This document shows positions 35,101-48,235 of a DNA stretch of 64,000 nt, piece by piece. The notes beneath the pieces are model-generated. The model was given only the letters and a program-made list of their open reading frames with translations, was not told where the DNA came from and made no database searches. Made by a program: the position numbers and the translations under genes. Positions within the stretch are counted from its first letter, which is position 1, and each line of letters begins with the position of its first letter. The stretch spans positions 836,477-900,476 of the forward strand of contig OZ287699.1 of assembly GCA_965649825.1 (NCBI GenBank), read 5' to 3'. Source of the DNA: Penicillus capitatus. Its lineage: Eukaryota; Plantae; Chlorophyta.

Positions 35101-37436
35101 ATGTCCGCCAATGACCATGTCTCATCGTCCCGTGTCGTCGGCCGCTCCGTGCGACAGATCATAGAGATGGGTTTGGAGCTTGAAAAAACACTGGGCCCAC
35201 ATTCATCGCCTCCACCTGCCCAAGCCACTGCTCCGACAGCCGACGTCCTGAACATTCCGTCCGTCACCTTTGCAAGACGCGATCCCATACCTTTCAAGTT
35301 CGACGGCTATCCCACGATAGTCGGAGAAGAGCCGCAATCGACGAATGGTCTGACTCGAACGCGTCAGACAGAGACGCTCGTCATTCCTCCTATGGATGAA
35401 GCCTATATCATGGAAACGAGTGATCTGTTGAAGTCCTATCGTGAGGAAAGAAGGCCCAACGCTTTCGAAAGCTACCTGTATGCCATTCCAGACAACGAAA
35501 GCGACAGATTGGTCGGTCATGTTTGGAAGATACTGCATATTATGAGTAAGCATCATCGAGAGGGAACGCCTCTTGTGATGAATCTCTTGATCGGTGCCCG
35601 GCAGCTGTTTGAAAAGAGATTCAAAGACCATCTGAAAGAGACGACGAGTTCTGCACTTCTGAGATGCAAGAATGGAATGGAAATGGATGCCACAGATCTC
35701 TATCTCTCTTTTGTTCGATCTCAGAACCGAGACAGTTTGATCACTTTCATGGCGCCGAACGACGTCGCTGTCGATCGAGCTCTGCAGAAATGGCACGTTC
35801 TTTATGTGGCGCTACGAGCTGGAGATTTTGAAGCGGCAGAGATTCTGGCACGGGGACTGGTCTTCCCTACGGGCACCTTACAGCACTCGCCTGCTCATAT
35901 CTTGAGAACGTGGAAGCACGGAGGAGGGCGTCTTCCTTTGCCAATGATTACCGAAGTTATGACGCTATGTCATGGTTTACTGGCGCAGCCAACGACGCTC
36001 ACTGTCAACGATCACTACCTCATTCGGACGATGTCTTTCCTTTGTGGCCACGTGGCGACGGTCGACAAGCTCATGACCAAGACCTCTGCCCGGTGGGATT
36101 CGGCTGAGGAGTTCTTGTGGTTTCTCTTGGGCTGTGTTCGCTATCTGCCAACATCAAACGGAGAGCAGTGGATCTTCAGTTTAAGAAACTTTCAGGAGAG
36201 AATCCGCACGTATGCACAACGTCTGCTGGAACAGAAGGAACGTAGAAGCAATATCTACATCGTCGCATTACTGTCCTCTCTGCAATTCAAGACAGCCCTG
36301 AAACATCTGCTGGGCCAAAAAGAAAACCATCGTTGGTATGTGCATGGTGTGCACTTGGTGATTGCCCTTGAGTACATGGGAATGTTGGATCTGGGAGGAG
36401 ATTTGGATGAACGTGCCTTTCCGAGGACGCAGATCGCACAACTGCTCAATCAGTATGCAACCATCTTCCGTCACAACAATACCGTTACCAACTTTCAGTA
36501 TCACTTCTTTGCGAACAAACTGGGATCCGGTTCTCCTCAGTCCATGGAGGAAGCCATGAAGGAGAACATCGCCGAATACCTGCTGCAAGACCAACATCGA
36601 CCAGGTGAGATGAAATCCACTCGCTTTTGATGAGAGACGTTGCATCGGTGATCGATCTCAGGACTGGAATTGTCATCCGAAAGCGTCCAAGTCATCAAGA
36701 CCTATGGCGCACGGGCTCGGTATCCACGTCATCTTTTCCGTGATGTTGCGAAGTATCTAAAAGAGAAGGGGCATTTGGAATCTGCTTACAAGTGCTATAA
36801 AGCAGGAGGTTTCCATTCGCTTGCCATTGCGACTCTCAGTCAACTGGTACCACCAGACCTGTGGTTGTGTCCATCGATCAATGCCTTGGGACTTAGGTGG
36901 CTACGAAATTGAGTGATATGATCTCTGAGAAGATCAATGAACGAGGAGAGCGGTTTGTCGAGAACAAGCGGCACGTTGCCGTATTGTTGGATCTGTTTAA
37001 GACGATGCATCACGAATTGCCTCGTGGGGCAGCAGCAGATCAGTCCGAAATCGAGTCCCTCTGTGAAGAGGTCTGTCAACTGCAACAGGTGTCCAAGATG
37101 GTCCAGGCATACCACAGTCATCACTTTGATGCCGTTATTGAACATTTTCAGAAGTTTCCATACATCCCCAATGACGATTACGCATTGGAGTCCTGTGCCA
37201 AGAAACTGTGTGAGAAATATAAGCAGCACTTGGGCATTCTGCATAAGCTCATCGAACTCTACTGCAAAGCGCTCATTCTACAGGCCAGGACTCGAAATGG
37301 AGGACGGAGTAGAGATCACGGAGATACGCTGAGACTCTATCATCTGTTGGTTCAGCGTCTACCGGAAACGTATAGCTTCAAGGGACAGATCAGTTCGGAG
37401 CTGTCCAAGACCAGTCGTGCACTGGCAGCGATCTGA
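35101..37436 (+). CDS. NUP93: Nucleoporin Nup93/Nic96-like
   Basis: WHVLYVALRAG, AEEFLWFLL, LLSSLQFKTALKHL, VHLVIALEYMGML, QLLNQYATIF...FQY follow the Nic96 pattern. Confidence 0.75.
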
Positions 37437-37897
37437 TCACACGAAGAATCCGCTTTCGATGTGTTCAGAGAGATGTCGTGTGTGTCATGACAGTTTTATA
37501 GTACTTTATGAAAGAGTACATCATCTTGGGAGAAGCGAAAATAGGAGACGAACTAATTTGCAGCCAGTCAGCCGCGTTTAATAGGACTGCCATTTAAACC
37601 AATCTTGGCGAAACGCGCGATCGTCCGTCCAAGCGTCCGGCTGTATCAAATCTGTGATAGACGTGAAGGAACGTTGAATCTGAGCGGTACGTGGTGTGCA
37701 TTCAAGATGAAGCGACAGCATCTTGTCACTCGGATGCAGTCCCATCGGTCGGATGGTTAACTGGATGACCCCGCACACCTGTTTTTCACAGATCTGTTTC
37801 TCCGTTACAGTAGATCCAACAAATCGAAATGCGTTTTCTTCAACACACAATAGGTATACTCATAGAATTGCCAACTTCTGTCGACGATTCAAATATG

Positions 37898-38153
37898 TCA
37901 CGAAAGAATCTCTGCTTGTTTTCCGGTCTTGGAAACCGTTTCGAGAACTTCTTGCGGCGTCAGGGTGCTCTTGACGGTTACCGTTTGCTTTTCCAGCTGA
38001 ACATCGAAGCTGTCAACACCAGGCTTCTTGTTCAAAACGCGCGAAACGGCGCCAACGCAGCCTAGAAACACTCCCATCTGCAAAGAACGTCATCGTTCCC
38101 ACCGACGCCGGACCTTCACAAGTCATCTCGACTTTTAACACCACTTCGTTCAT
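37898..38153 (-). CDS. ATX1: Copper chaperone ATX1/CCH (HMA domain), 2 exons
   Basis: [14 protein letters not shown]|CVGAVSRVL...TVSKTGK (MxCxxC motif, KTGK). Confidence 0.93.
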
Positions 38154-39706
38154 TGTCTATCCGGTAAAGCAGCAAAACACGCAGAGCCACGTCAACATCT
38201 CGACAGAAAAATTGTCCATTTAACGTCGCAAAATGCCGACGACCTAACGACGATCGCCGCTGCGCCGATAAAGACGCCAAAGGGAGAGATACGGACCAGT
38301 GGAAGTGGCGATGTGTGGGTGCCATGGATGAAAAGCTACGCCATTCAGGGTGTCCGATGACACAGGAATGCGGGCAGCTTCTTCGCCAGTCTTAAGATCG
38401 AAAACCAGAACTTCACCGTTCTCGCCTCCCGTCACCAGATGGCGGCCAGAAATGGGGTCAATGTCGAAATGAATGCGTTGGGTTGTTGTTTGCGTGTGTC
38501 TTCGAAGATGATAGACAGGTTGATAGGTCGCACGGATGTCCCAGCACAGCAGACTCCCGTCACATCGCGCACCCGAATAGAGATAGCAACCATCCCCAGA
38601 AAACATCGCCTAATCCAAACCAAAGGCACACTTCTCATACATCCCCTCACGTGGTCGCCTACTTTCGTAATACCACCCGTGTGACCCAACAGACGCAGCA
38701 GGATCGTGTCCGTTTCGGTGGAGAAGACACCGAGTGAGCCATCGTAGGATCCCACAGCATAGATGCGTGGATCTGCCTTCGAAAAAGCCAACGCTGAGAC
38801 AATGCCCCGCATTCCGCCATCTGCTTTCGGGAATGTCGACACAAAGGTGTAGTCCCGTCCCGGACGAGCGATATCAAAGATGTATAGACTGTTCTTAGCA
38901 CCACAGTAGATTTTGGATCCATCGGCTGAAAAGCCAAGGGACGCACACGATCGAATCTCGTCCTGAGCATCGTAACATCGATACGTGGCACGAATACTGG
39001 CAGCATGGGCGTCCCAAAGATGCACAGGGTGATCCTGCCGCCCCAGTCATGACCTTCCGAAGTAAATGCAGGGGCAGCTCTTACTCGAGAGGTTGATAAA
39101 AAACAATAAGTTTGTGGGTTGGATGCATCGGCATAGGGATACCAACAATAATCGAAAATCATCTCTCCTTCGGTGATTTCTAACACTGGCTTTGCAGCCT
39201 GTATCCCTTGGGACTCTTGTGGCATGGCAACGTCGAAGATTCGAAATCTAGAACACACACGTCACATCATGCGGCATGACATACGGACCCCTCTGCCACC
39301 TTTGGTCGGCACTCGCTGTCAACAGACGACCTCCATCTGGGCACCATTGAACTCCATTCAAGTAGTTCGAATGCGGCGTCCGTCTTCCCCCATCGACGAA
39401 GACGTCTTTTGCCTCAAATATCCATTTTGGCTCTTTCCGAAAATCGATAGCCATTTCCATCGAGTCAATAATCAAATGCTGTTTTCTCTCTTTTCGCCGC
39501 GACCACTGACAGAAGAGCAGCTGCGTCAAATCCATCTTCGATGTCGTTCCGTTCTCAATGCCTTCGACGTCTGTCGAAGAGCCAACGCAAATGACGTCGC
39601 TCCCTGTCTCTACCTCGAAACCAGTGCCATCTCCTGCGTCGCTGCGATCTGCTGCCGGCCGACCCTGCAGAACTACGAGCGCTGTGTGCGGGATTCGACA
39701 GACCAT
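38116..39706 (-). CDS. WRAP53: WD40 protein TCAB1/WRAP53-like, multi-exon
   Basis: NYLNGVQWCPDG, EGEMIFDYCWYP, DHPVHLWDA...RATY, LYSGARCD..LLCWDIR, ATSTG|RRHF. Both ends uncertain. Confidence 0.85.
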
Positions 39707-39786
39707 GTCAGTCTGGACAAATGCTCAAGCCATTTAAACAAGATGAAGCGCTGTCTCGAACGCTACGGGCAATATCCCTTTGCGCC

Positions 39787-40560
39787 TTAGACTCGGTTAA
39801 TCTTGTTCGTCGAATTAAAGAACCTCTGAACGGCGTAGACTTGAAAGAGACTTGCCGAAACGAGTGCGAGCGTCAGCAGACCGGACCAAACGAGTGTCCT
39901 GCGATGTGTGCTTTGAACAGTCTTCATATGCCTCTCTGTCCGCAACCTTAAATGATGCCCCATCTGACGCAACGTCGTGAGTTGCAGATTGGATGACCGC
40001 AGTCCTGACACCACTTTGCCCAGATCTTCGGACTTGGCCAGAGAATCGACGTCGACGTCGATACTGATCGACATGTCGCCCTGGGTGTTGTCTTTGGATT
40101 TCTCGTGTTCGGTTCCGATGAGGGCGCGCATGTTGACAGTGAAGTAGCTCAGTTCGATCGTGAGGGGCTGTGTGCCGCCTTCTGTGCTGGAAATCTTGAA
40201 ACAGACCTCCCATCCTTCAGGCGGCCCGCGACTGACGACGCTGAAAGTGTCTTCCTTGACGCCCGTGTTGCTGTAGATGATGTCGCCACCAGCAGAGCGA
40301 GCTGTCACATCAACTGCACCTCGCGCTGTTTCGCCGCCGTATCGATTCGTGACGAGGAAACCGACGTCGACGGCGACGTTGAGTTTTTCTGGAAGCTCCG
40401 AGTTTCGTCGGCGAAAGGACTCGCGTAACATCTCAAGTTGATTTTCGGGAATAGACTCTGTGATGCAGTCTTCACGTCCGACAAAGATGCGCCAGCTCAT
40501 GGCCGAAACGTGCGCGATAGAGGCAACTAAGAGCATGCATCGCAACAAGAACGTCGACAT
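39787..40560 (-). CDS. p24/emp24 (GOLD) cargo receptor
   Basis: Signal peptide, Cys pair (EDCITE, WEVCF), coiled region, TM segment (LVWSGLL...LFQVYAVQRFF), basic tail. Confidence 0.85.
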   Translation of the reverse strand: MSTFLLRCMLLVASIAHVSAMSWRIFVGREDCITESIPENQLEMLRESFRRRNSELPEKLNVAVDVGFLVTNRYGGETARGAVDVTARSAGGDIIYSNTGVKEDTFSVVSRGPPEGWEVCFKISSTEGGTQPLTIELSYFTVNMRALIGTEHEKSKDNTQGDMSISIDVDVDSLAKSEDLGKVVSGLRSSNLQLTTLRQMGHHLRLRTERHMKTVQSTHRRTLVWSGLLTLALVSASLFQVYAVQRFFNSTNKINRV

Positions 40561-40854
40561 CTGAAACGTTCAGCTGCAAAACGGCAATTGTTAGATGATG
40601 CCATTCCGAAGGACGATGACAGTGATACCCACCCGTCCGTGCTAATGCTGCTTTCGCTTCCTTGCGCGCAATTCTCCGAATGCGATTCCAAGCAGAGCGA
40701 CGTAATGCCCAACGAAACAACCGAGACAGCAAGGAAGAGGCCATCGCTGAGAAGCAACCGATGGTGTTGAGAGTCAGAGCTTAGAGATGTCCTAGCTCAC
40801 TTGCCAGGGACGCTCCCAGTCGAGCAGGAGAATGGGCGCTCCACTCGCGGTTCC

Positions 40855-41542
40855 CTATATACCATCAGGCGTCAACGGACGTCTAGGGCAGACGAACGGC
40901 ATCACGATAATGGCACCCCAGATTAACAGATTCTCATCCGGCGTTCTGAAAAGGGACAAACGGAACGGATGTCCTAGGGGCATCTCTCTTGAGAGGTGCT
41001 GGCGGTACTTATCAATCAGAATGGTGTCTATGATGTCTCCCTGAACACCGTTGTCGTGCTTTTGTGTCGACGCCACCTGAAGGCATATCTTTCTCGGTAT
41101 GTATCTGAGACGGAATGCGGAAGGCGCTGACTAAGAGTCCCGCTAATTGAATGGCCATTAGAGTCGTCTCCCATGGCATTCTGTCACCAGTCTGCTTTTG
41201 GTAACTGGAAAGCACTCGATCACGATAGTACTCACACAAACGCACTAAGACTGCAGAAACCGATTCCCAGAAAACAGATGACGATCAGAACCACCCAACG
41301 CAACACATCGCGCCAAACAACAGACAGCGATCCGTGGGACCATTCTTTCTCAATGATCACGCAGCTCACCTATGCACACGACGTCTCTTTTAGACATCCA
41401 TACCGCACTGCCCCGAACACACCGTCACGAGCATGACATATCTCCATGTCTCGTTCACGACAGCATCCACAGGATTCTTGCTCCACAACAGGAGCGCTAG
41501 GACAATGAGCAAGAGCACCAAAGACTTCGTTGACGATGACAT
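40855..41542 (-). CDS. Possible small secreted or membrane hypothetical protein
   Basis: MSSSTKSLVLLLIVLALLLWSK signal-like start with plausible short introns; exon joins and 3' end are tentative. Confidence 0.3.
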
Positions 41543-41587
41543 ATCACGCCGAGCCGCATCTATGCCGAATGGATTTCATTAACCGAC

Positions 41588-43158
41588 ATGTCCTTCGGGC
41601 CGCAGGAAGTCGGATGGGAGAAGTGCGTATCTGCCGCTTAGAAAAACGGTCCCTGATGCTCGCCGCCTGTCCTGTGTCGTGGGTATAGTTTAGACAAGAA
41701 GAAATTCTATACCCTCGGCATCGGAATCTTCACCGTCTGTCCTTACAGAAGACGTCATTTGGCTCGATGCAGTGTGTAGGGTGTGACAACCTGTCTTTAT
41801 CCTTTGACCGTTATCAAGACTCGCCAAATCGCTGGACCATTGCATCTCTCCGGATTGGCGGTCCGTTTTTCGAAGCCTTAGACTGTAGGCGACTCTCTGA
41901 CTGTTCAGGGTGTCCAGCATACGGTCCTGGAGGTCTGGAGGAATGATAGAATTCGTGGTTTCTATAAGGGATTCGGTACAGTGTGTTTTGGAGCCATTCC
42001 AGCACGAATCGTCTACATGTCAGGACTGGAACTCGTCAAAAGGTACGACTCCGACGAAACGGCAAGGATGACATGCGCAAACGTCCTCGATTAGTGGTCT
42101 ACACGGAAGCCTGAACAAACTGGGAATCTCTGATGTTGCGACAAATGGTGCCATCAACTTCTTTGCGGGGGCCTCTGCTGCTCTGGCGAGCCAGATTGCC
42201 TATGTGCCAATCGATGTGGTCTCTCTTACTCCTCTCTTTGCCTTTCGTCCGCTGAAAGGTCATTGCAGGTAAGTCAGAGACTCATGGTACTTAACAGAAG
42301 TGCGGAGAAAACGGCAACGCGAATGCACGGACTGTCGATGGCGCGTCTCATTGTTCAGCAAGAAGGACTGCGAGGCCTGTGGAAAGGATTGTTTGCTTCG
42401 ATAGGTCTGTTCAGCTTCTCGATGCCTTACTGACTTTTGCACGTGGTCAGGGACTTACGTGCCGAACAGTGCTGTTTGGTGGGGGTCCTACGGATTTCTC
42501 CAGAAGCTTCTGTGGAGACAGTTGGACTGGATTCGGTGATACTCCTGACAATCTCCTCTGCGTTCTCTCGTGAGACGGAGTGCTATGTAGAGAAGAGAGG
42601 ATCAAGGATTCGACCCCGTTGCCTTGGAAGTTTATGGCTGTGTCAGATTCCGTGGAAGCAGGGCAGAAACGGAGCTCCAATGGCACTACCGGAAGCACGC
42701 GCTACTCAACGAATGACGTCGTCGCTGTGCAAACGACAGCAGCACTTCTCTCAGGCGACGACGGAATGTGTGTCATTATTAGCGTCTCACACTTTTTCTG
42801 GACATGATAGGAGTGACAGCTGCTTTCTTTACGACTCCCTTAGATGTTATCAAGACACGGATGCAGCTCACGGTCAATGAGAAAGGTGCGGAATCGTCAT
42901 CTGTTGCTCCGTGGCATCCCGTCTTGCTTGTTTCAGGAAAAGGAAGGGTCACATCACTGCACGTGTGTCGTCAGATTTGGATGGAACATGGACCGGCCGG
43001 ATTCATGCGAGGCCTCTTGCCAAGAGCGGCCAATGTCGCTTTGTGGGGGACCTGCATGGTACGTCATCCACTTAGTATTGTCCACTCCTATGCAGGCGTG
43101 CCGTGCTCAGGTCTCTGCCTATGAATTCCTTAAACGCGCTTCTGCCTTTCCTAGCTGA
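41588..43158 (+). CDS. Mitochondrial carrier, SLC25A44-like, multi-exon
   Basis: VGWE|SLDKKKFY, YPLTVIKTR, AYVPIDV, TTPLDVIKTRMQL, RGLLPRAANV, AYEFLKR. Confidence 0.85.
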
Positions 43159-43173
43159 GACAATGCTGTTGCA

Positions 43174-43950
43174 TCATTCTTTGTATTGTTCATTGAACAT
43201 GCGATCTGTTAAGAAAACCTTCCTGTTAAAGATCCCCTTGCTCTGTCCGTCAGGCTCATGAACACGGTCTCTCTTCTCTGTACCATCAGCGGTCTTTCTC
43301 ATCTGCGGACATCGACGTCTGCAGGACACTCTGTTTGGAAACGACGAGGTCACCTCGATCGAGGATTTGGGCATAGGATGAGCATCGCATCCAGTATAGT
43401 GCGTGACAGTTTGATGACATTCTACAGATCGACGGCGTCCGGTGTTCATTGCTTAGATGGAATCCGAATCGGACGGGTTACCTGAGTGGCGATACTCGGA
43501 TCTGCAGTTCCTTCTTCAGACATCTCCAGTTCCTCAACGCCGCACTGCGTTCGTTCTGCAGCGAAGCAGTGGCCTGTCTGCTGGTGACACGTGTCGAGAC
43601 GCCTCGTTCTGCCGTTCTTCGCAGAATGGCCATACAGGAGGCAATCGAGGAACGTCTGAACACACGCGTCATTATTATTCTTTATCATCGACGCAGCCGA
43701 AATGTATCGCCAAGTCGGTCGAGTCGCTGTGCGATCGCTCCGACGCGTCATGACGCATTCCTGCGAGTCCTATCAAGGCGCTCCACTTGTCCGCAGAGGA
43801 GGCAGCTACGAAGCGCGACGTGCGCTGAACTCCTCGTCGTTGCAGATGTTTATCGATCACGATCGGCACGATCACGATCGAATCGCCCGCTTTCGATCGA
43901 TGCGATATCTCTAGGGCAATGATCGCGATGAAGTGTGGCCTGACGGTCAG
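43174..43950 (-). CDS. Possible hypothetical protein
   Basis: ORFs 43446..43751 and 43174..43449 can be joined through short GT-AG introns; no domain recognised. Confidence 0.3.
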
Positions 43951-44273
43951 CACAGCGCAGGAGATTCAACGACGGCGGTCCCTGTCAGGTTTCACCTTCA
44001 ACGGTAAGGCCCTATATCATCTTCCTCCGTTCCCTCAGCGCACCACGTTTTGGGCCAGAGGACGGTGATCGATAATGTTTGTTTCAGATAATGATGATGA
44101 TCTGTGAGTGTTTGTCCCAGATGCTATTTTGAACGACAGGTGATGTCTGTTTGTCTTCAGATGAGGATGGCACTTAGTGGAAAAGAGCATGAAGGAAGCT
44201 TCCTTTAAACAAACCATGCCTCCATCCTTATGACGTCTGTCAATTTAAATCCTCGATCATCTTGTCTCTCTTT

Positions 44274-47200
44274 CTAGCTCAATCGATTTTGGATGTTGCG
44301 GTGAACGGAGCATAGATACTCTACGTAAGACTGGCCAATGGCATGTCGATCGTCGACCAAGCAGCTCAGAAATTTGGCTTCGGCCGGCGTCGATCGTAAA
44401 GCCACACGTAAAGACATGTAGGAACCCGCTTGTACCCTAAAGGGAAGTTTAGAGAAGCACGTCCCATGAGAGGTATCCATCACCTGATGCTGTTCAGCAG
44501 TTTTTGAACCCTGACGCTGATCGGATGATCCGATACGATGAGTGACGGCTCTGGTCCCTTGATATTGACTTGGGAGAAACCGAACAGAGCTTGGAGGATC
44601 TCCGAAGGTACCTGCAAAAAACGGGCCCTGTGGCATGGAAGAGGATACGGAGCAGACGGACCAAGGATTCCACTTTGATGAGAATCTCTTGTCCGTTTTC
44701 GAAGAGGTAGAGATGCGACTCATGAAGATGTTCACTGGACAGCGGCAGCGATTCCGGAATGGCCACCTAGAGAACATCTCCTCCTCTCCGTTACTCCTTC
44801 TGTGGACAGCAGACCTCGTCTGACTCAAAAACGGAATCCAGCATGAAGAACCTTCCGTAGACCAGTTTCAGAATCTGTCATAAATCAACGCTTTTCGGCA
44901 CGATGGGGTCAAATTCTGCATGCCTTGGAACATGGAAGAGAGAGCAGGAGTGAGAGGAAGGCAGATTTTTCATCAGGTTTGGCATCTATTCGAAACGGAA
45001 TGCTCTTCATGAGTCCCAAAGTATACAACGGCAATAGTTTCATCGAATCCGGCAAAATCAACTGACCACCTGCGAGACAAACATGCCTTAGACACCAGCT
45101 CCCTTGTGAAATGGTCGTCTCACTGGAAGAAGAGGATACGGCGCACCATCTACGGTATGCTGTCAAGACACCTGTGCATCCATTCTTGATCATCTCCCGG
45201 GCTTGATGCATCGTATTGCCTACACAATTCATACAGACCTTGCACGATGCATGCAGAGAGGAGTGAGCAGATGCATACCGGGAAGTGTGACAGATACTTT
45301 TCGCGCTAGATAGTTCATATAGGATTCCATATCGGCCCCACGGAAGACTTGATTTGCAGCAGCGGTCACAGGAACGCCCATCGTGCTCACCCGGATGCGC
45401 CGTTGGCCTAGTTGCCTGTCATGGAGTGGAGGCGGTTTGAAGAATGTCACCTGATGTCGTGGTATATAGCAATGCACATTGGAAGAACGCTTCTGTTCCT
45501 TCCTGTACTTTGTCATCGTACAGCATCTTGGCCATGATCGACTTATCGCAATCGACGGCAGCCAGTTCAATCTCGTGCTGGTTTCGAAGATTCATCGATC
45601 CTGTACAGACAGATGTTGCACCAGTCTGCTCAAGGATTCACTTTTCTGCACCTAAGTAATTCTCAATTTCAAGTCCGGCACTGCATCGGAGCCTTAAGAC
45701 AGCCTCGAATCCTTGTGGTCGACTCACATTCCACCTTCATCACCAAACATCCACAGAACGAGGAGGAGGATCGACGAGGACCTCAGATCGTTGAGAAATT
45801 GCTGGGCACAGTGCTGCACTGTGAATTTCTCGTAGTGGTAGACACTGCCGCCCGTCATGTGACTCAGAACGCCACAAGTGCTGATGTCCACATAGTTCTG
45901 TGACAAACAGAAAAGATCGATACATACAGACACCTCGGCCGCCCTCAATCCCAACGTCCTGTATGCCCATTGCCCTATGCGTGCATCAATGCGTGAGGTA
46001 GGGGATACCTGTAGGTATTGTCCTGAGGTAACAGAATCATCTGCCGTTCCTTTTCTGCTTTGTCTTGTGCTTGAGAGATCGGCGTGTCACGGGGCTTCAG
46101 CGCACGACTTCCCTTTGTTGGCCGAGTGGTGAGTATGACATGCAGTTTCCCTCCTGTAGGCTTAAGAACCTCTACAGCAGCCTAGATCGTCCATCAACAT
46201 ATCCACAATGTCAGCAGAGCGCATGGCACCTCAATTGCCGCTCCAGCACACGATTCTCCGTTTGTCTGATGCTCATGGAGCTTTGGAATCAGTTCCAGGA
46301 TTTGTAGAATGGAATCTAAGAATGCAATCCAGATGAAGTGGCGGCGCCATCTGGGGAGGAGACCTTTGTTATCTTTGAGCGGCATCAGGAGAGAGGGTGA
46401 TGGAGAGAAGACCTCCGTGATGTCCGTCATCGTCATCACCTGAGGCGAGCCGTCGCCACTCTTTGCATAATAGAACTGAATAGTCGCATCAAATGTCGCT
46501 ATGCCAATGAAGGCACGATCTGGACCTGTACAATCCATCCTTCATACATAGCGCCATGTGCTATCACAGAAGTGCCAAAGAAGAACCTTGAATCGCGTCC
46601 ATGACAGCCTTGACGTTGCTGCAGATGTTGTGCAGTGCACCAGAAGTGACAGAGGAGAAGCTGGCATCTATCAGGAAGAAGTGCACTGGGGGCATAGGAG
46701 GACGCACCATGAAAGAAGGCGGTGCTACAAATTCGACAGTTCCCTCAACATTGCCTTTCAAATGTCGGCGACCTCTTTGAGAAATCTCACCTTTGACAGT
46801 TCTGGACGTTCACTCGCATCTCTGCGTTTTCCATCGTGGCCCAGATAGCAGAAGTAATCGGTAGGCGTCTCGTTCTTAACATTGCAGAACGGACAGACGA
46901 AACTCTTGCCGCCATCTTGAAAGTACATGAATGGATTCATGTATGCGCCACAACGTCCACATCTCACCGGACCACCTTCGCCGAAATCCACAACCTAATA
47001 CCCGTGCATAAGTGATCGCCATGGCATTCTATCTTCTGTACGGGGATGGGTTCCTCTTCAGGTTTTTGCAGAGCAAGAGGCTGTATGAAGGCCACGAGGG
47101 GTATGGCGACATTGGTACAGAGCGTGAGATTTGATGGAATGTGATTCATGGACAGGCGCATGAATTTGGGATCGCAGTTTCCCGTGTCTTTGCAGATGTA

Positions 47201-48028
47201 ATTGGTAGCTGCTCCTGGTGGGATATTGTGCTGGCCATTGATTCGAGTCTCGAAACTGATCGATGGATCTGATTCGTTGATGCTGGGTCTTGGGATCTGA
47301 GATGGGTCGATTCTTGGAGAGGATGGTCTGGAAGAACGCGGAGCAAAAGGCCCCGGAGGTGGTTGTGTTGGTATGGGACCAGATGGAGGGACAGGAGGAG
47401 CAGTTGGAGGCCCCGGTTGAAAATGCTGGCTTCCACCGGTCGGCGGAGGAACATATGAAGGTGGCATCATCGGAGACTGAGATCCAGGCGGAAACGCCTG
47501 TCCATTGGACGCGGGAGAATAATCAGGACGCGGAGGTGGCGCTCCAAAAGGAGGTCCTGGTGGCGCTCCAAAAGGAGGCCGTGAAGGCGGCGCTCCGAAA
47601 GGAGGTCGGGAAGGAGGTGGTGCTCCGAAAGGAGGTGCTGCGGGCGGTGCTGGGCCTCCAGGAGGACGAAAGCCCGGATGCATATTCGGTGTTCCTTGTG
47701 GTGGAGGTCCAGGAGGACGAAAGCCTGGAGGCATATTCGGTGTTCCTTGAGGCGGAGGTCCAGGAGGACGAAAGCCTGGAGGCATCGCACCACCATCTAA
47801 TGGAGCGGGCCGCGGTGGCGGCATGAAAGCACCCGGTGCTCCAGATTGGGGAGCTGCTGCCGAAAACGGCCGAACGGGTCGAGGTGGTCCAGGTGGAGTA
47901 CCTGGTGGCCGAGTGGGTCTTCCTCCGGAATCGCTCCCCGCTACAACATACTCAGAAACACCGCATGCCAATCACGATTCGTTCGTACGTGGACGAAAGG
48001 GCGGAGGAATGGACGGTGGTCGATACAT
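44274..48028 (-). CDS. SEC24: COPII coat protein Sec24 (C/D-like), multi-exon, Pro-rich N-terminus
   Basis: Zn finger RCGRCGAYMNPF...FVCPFC, FFLIDAS, KLLPLYTLGLMKS, C-terminal YVEYLCSVHRNIQ. Exon 1 MYRPPSIPPPFRP at 48028. Confidence 0.93.
47658..47785. repeat. 51-bp coding tandem repeat (about 2.5 copies) in the Sec24 N-terminus
   Basis: Encodes PPGFRPPGPPPQGTPNM repeats. Confidence 0.85.
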
Positions 48029-48235
48029 CTCCAGTCAAGAAAGGCAGCTGCTTTTCCTTCGCTGCACCGCGTTGTCAACGGACAGACGTTACGGAAGGAT
48101 CAAAACGAAGAGGACACGTGTTTCGCTCGCTTTCACTGAATAAGACGTTAATAGCGCTTCACAAACACCGTTGCTCGTACACGACGTCGTTAACAGCAAC
48201 ATCTAGCACAAGACGGAACCATCCGTCTCCGTTGT

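Noticed and set aside
37578-37850. 90-aa ORF just downstream of ATX1
   Set aside because: It starts at TTG after an in-frame stop, and no splice acceptor links it to a neighbour.
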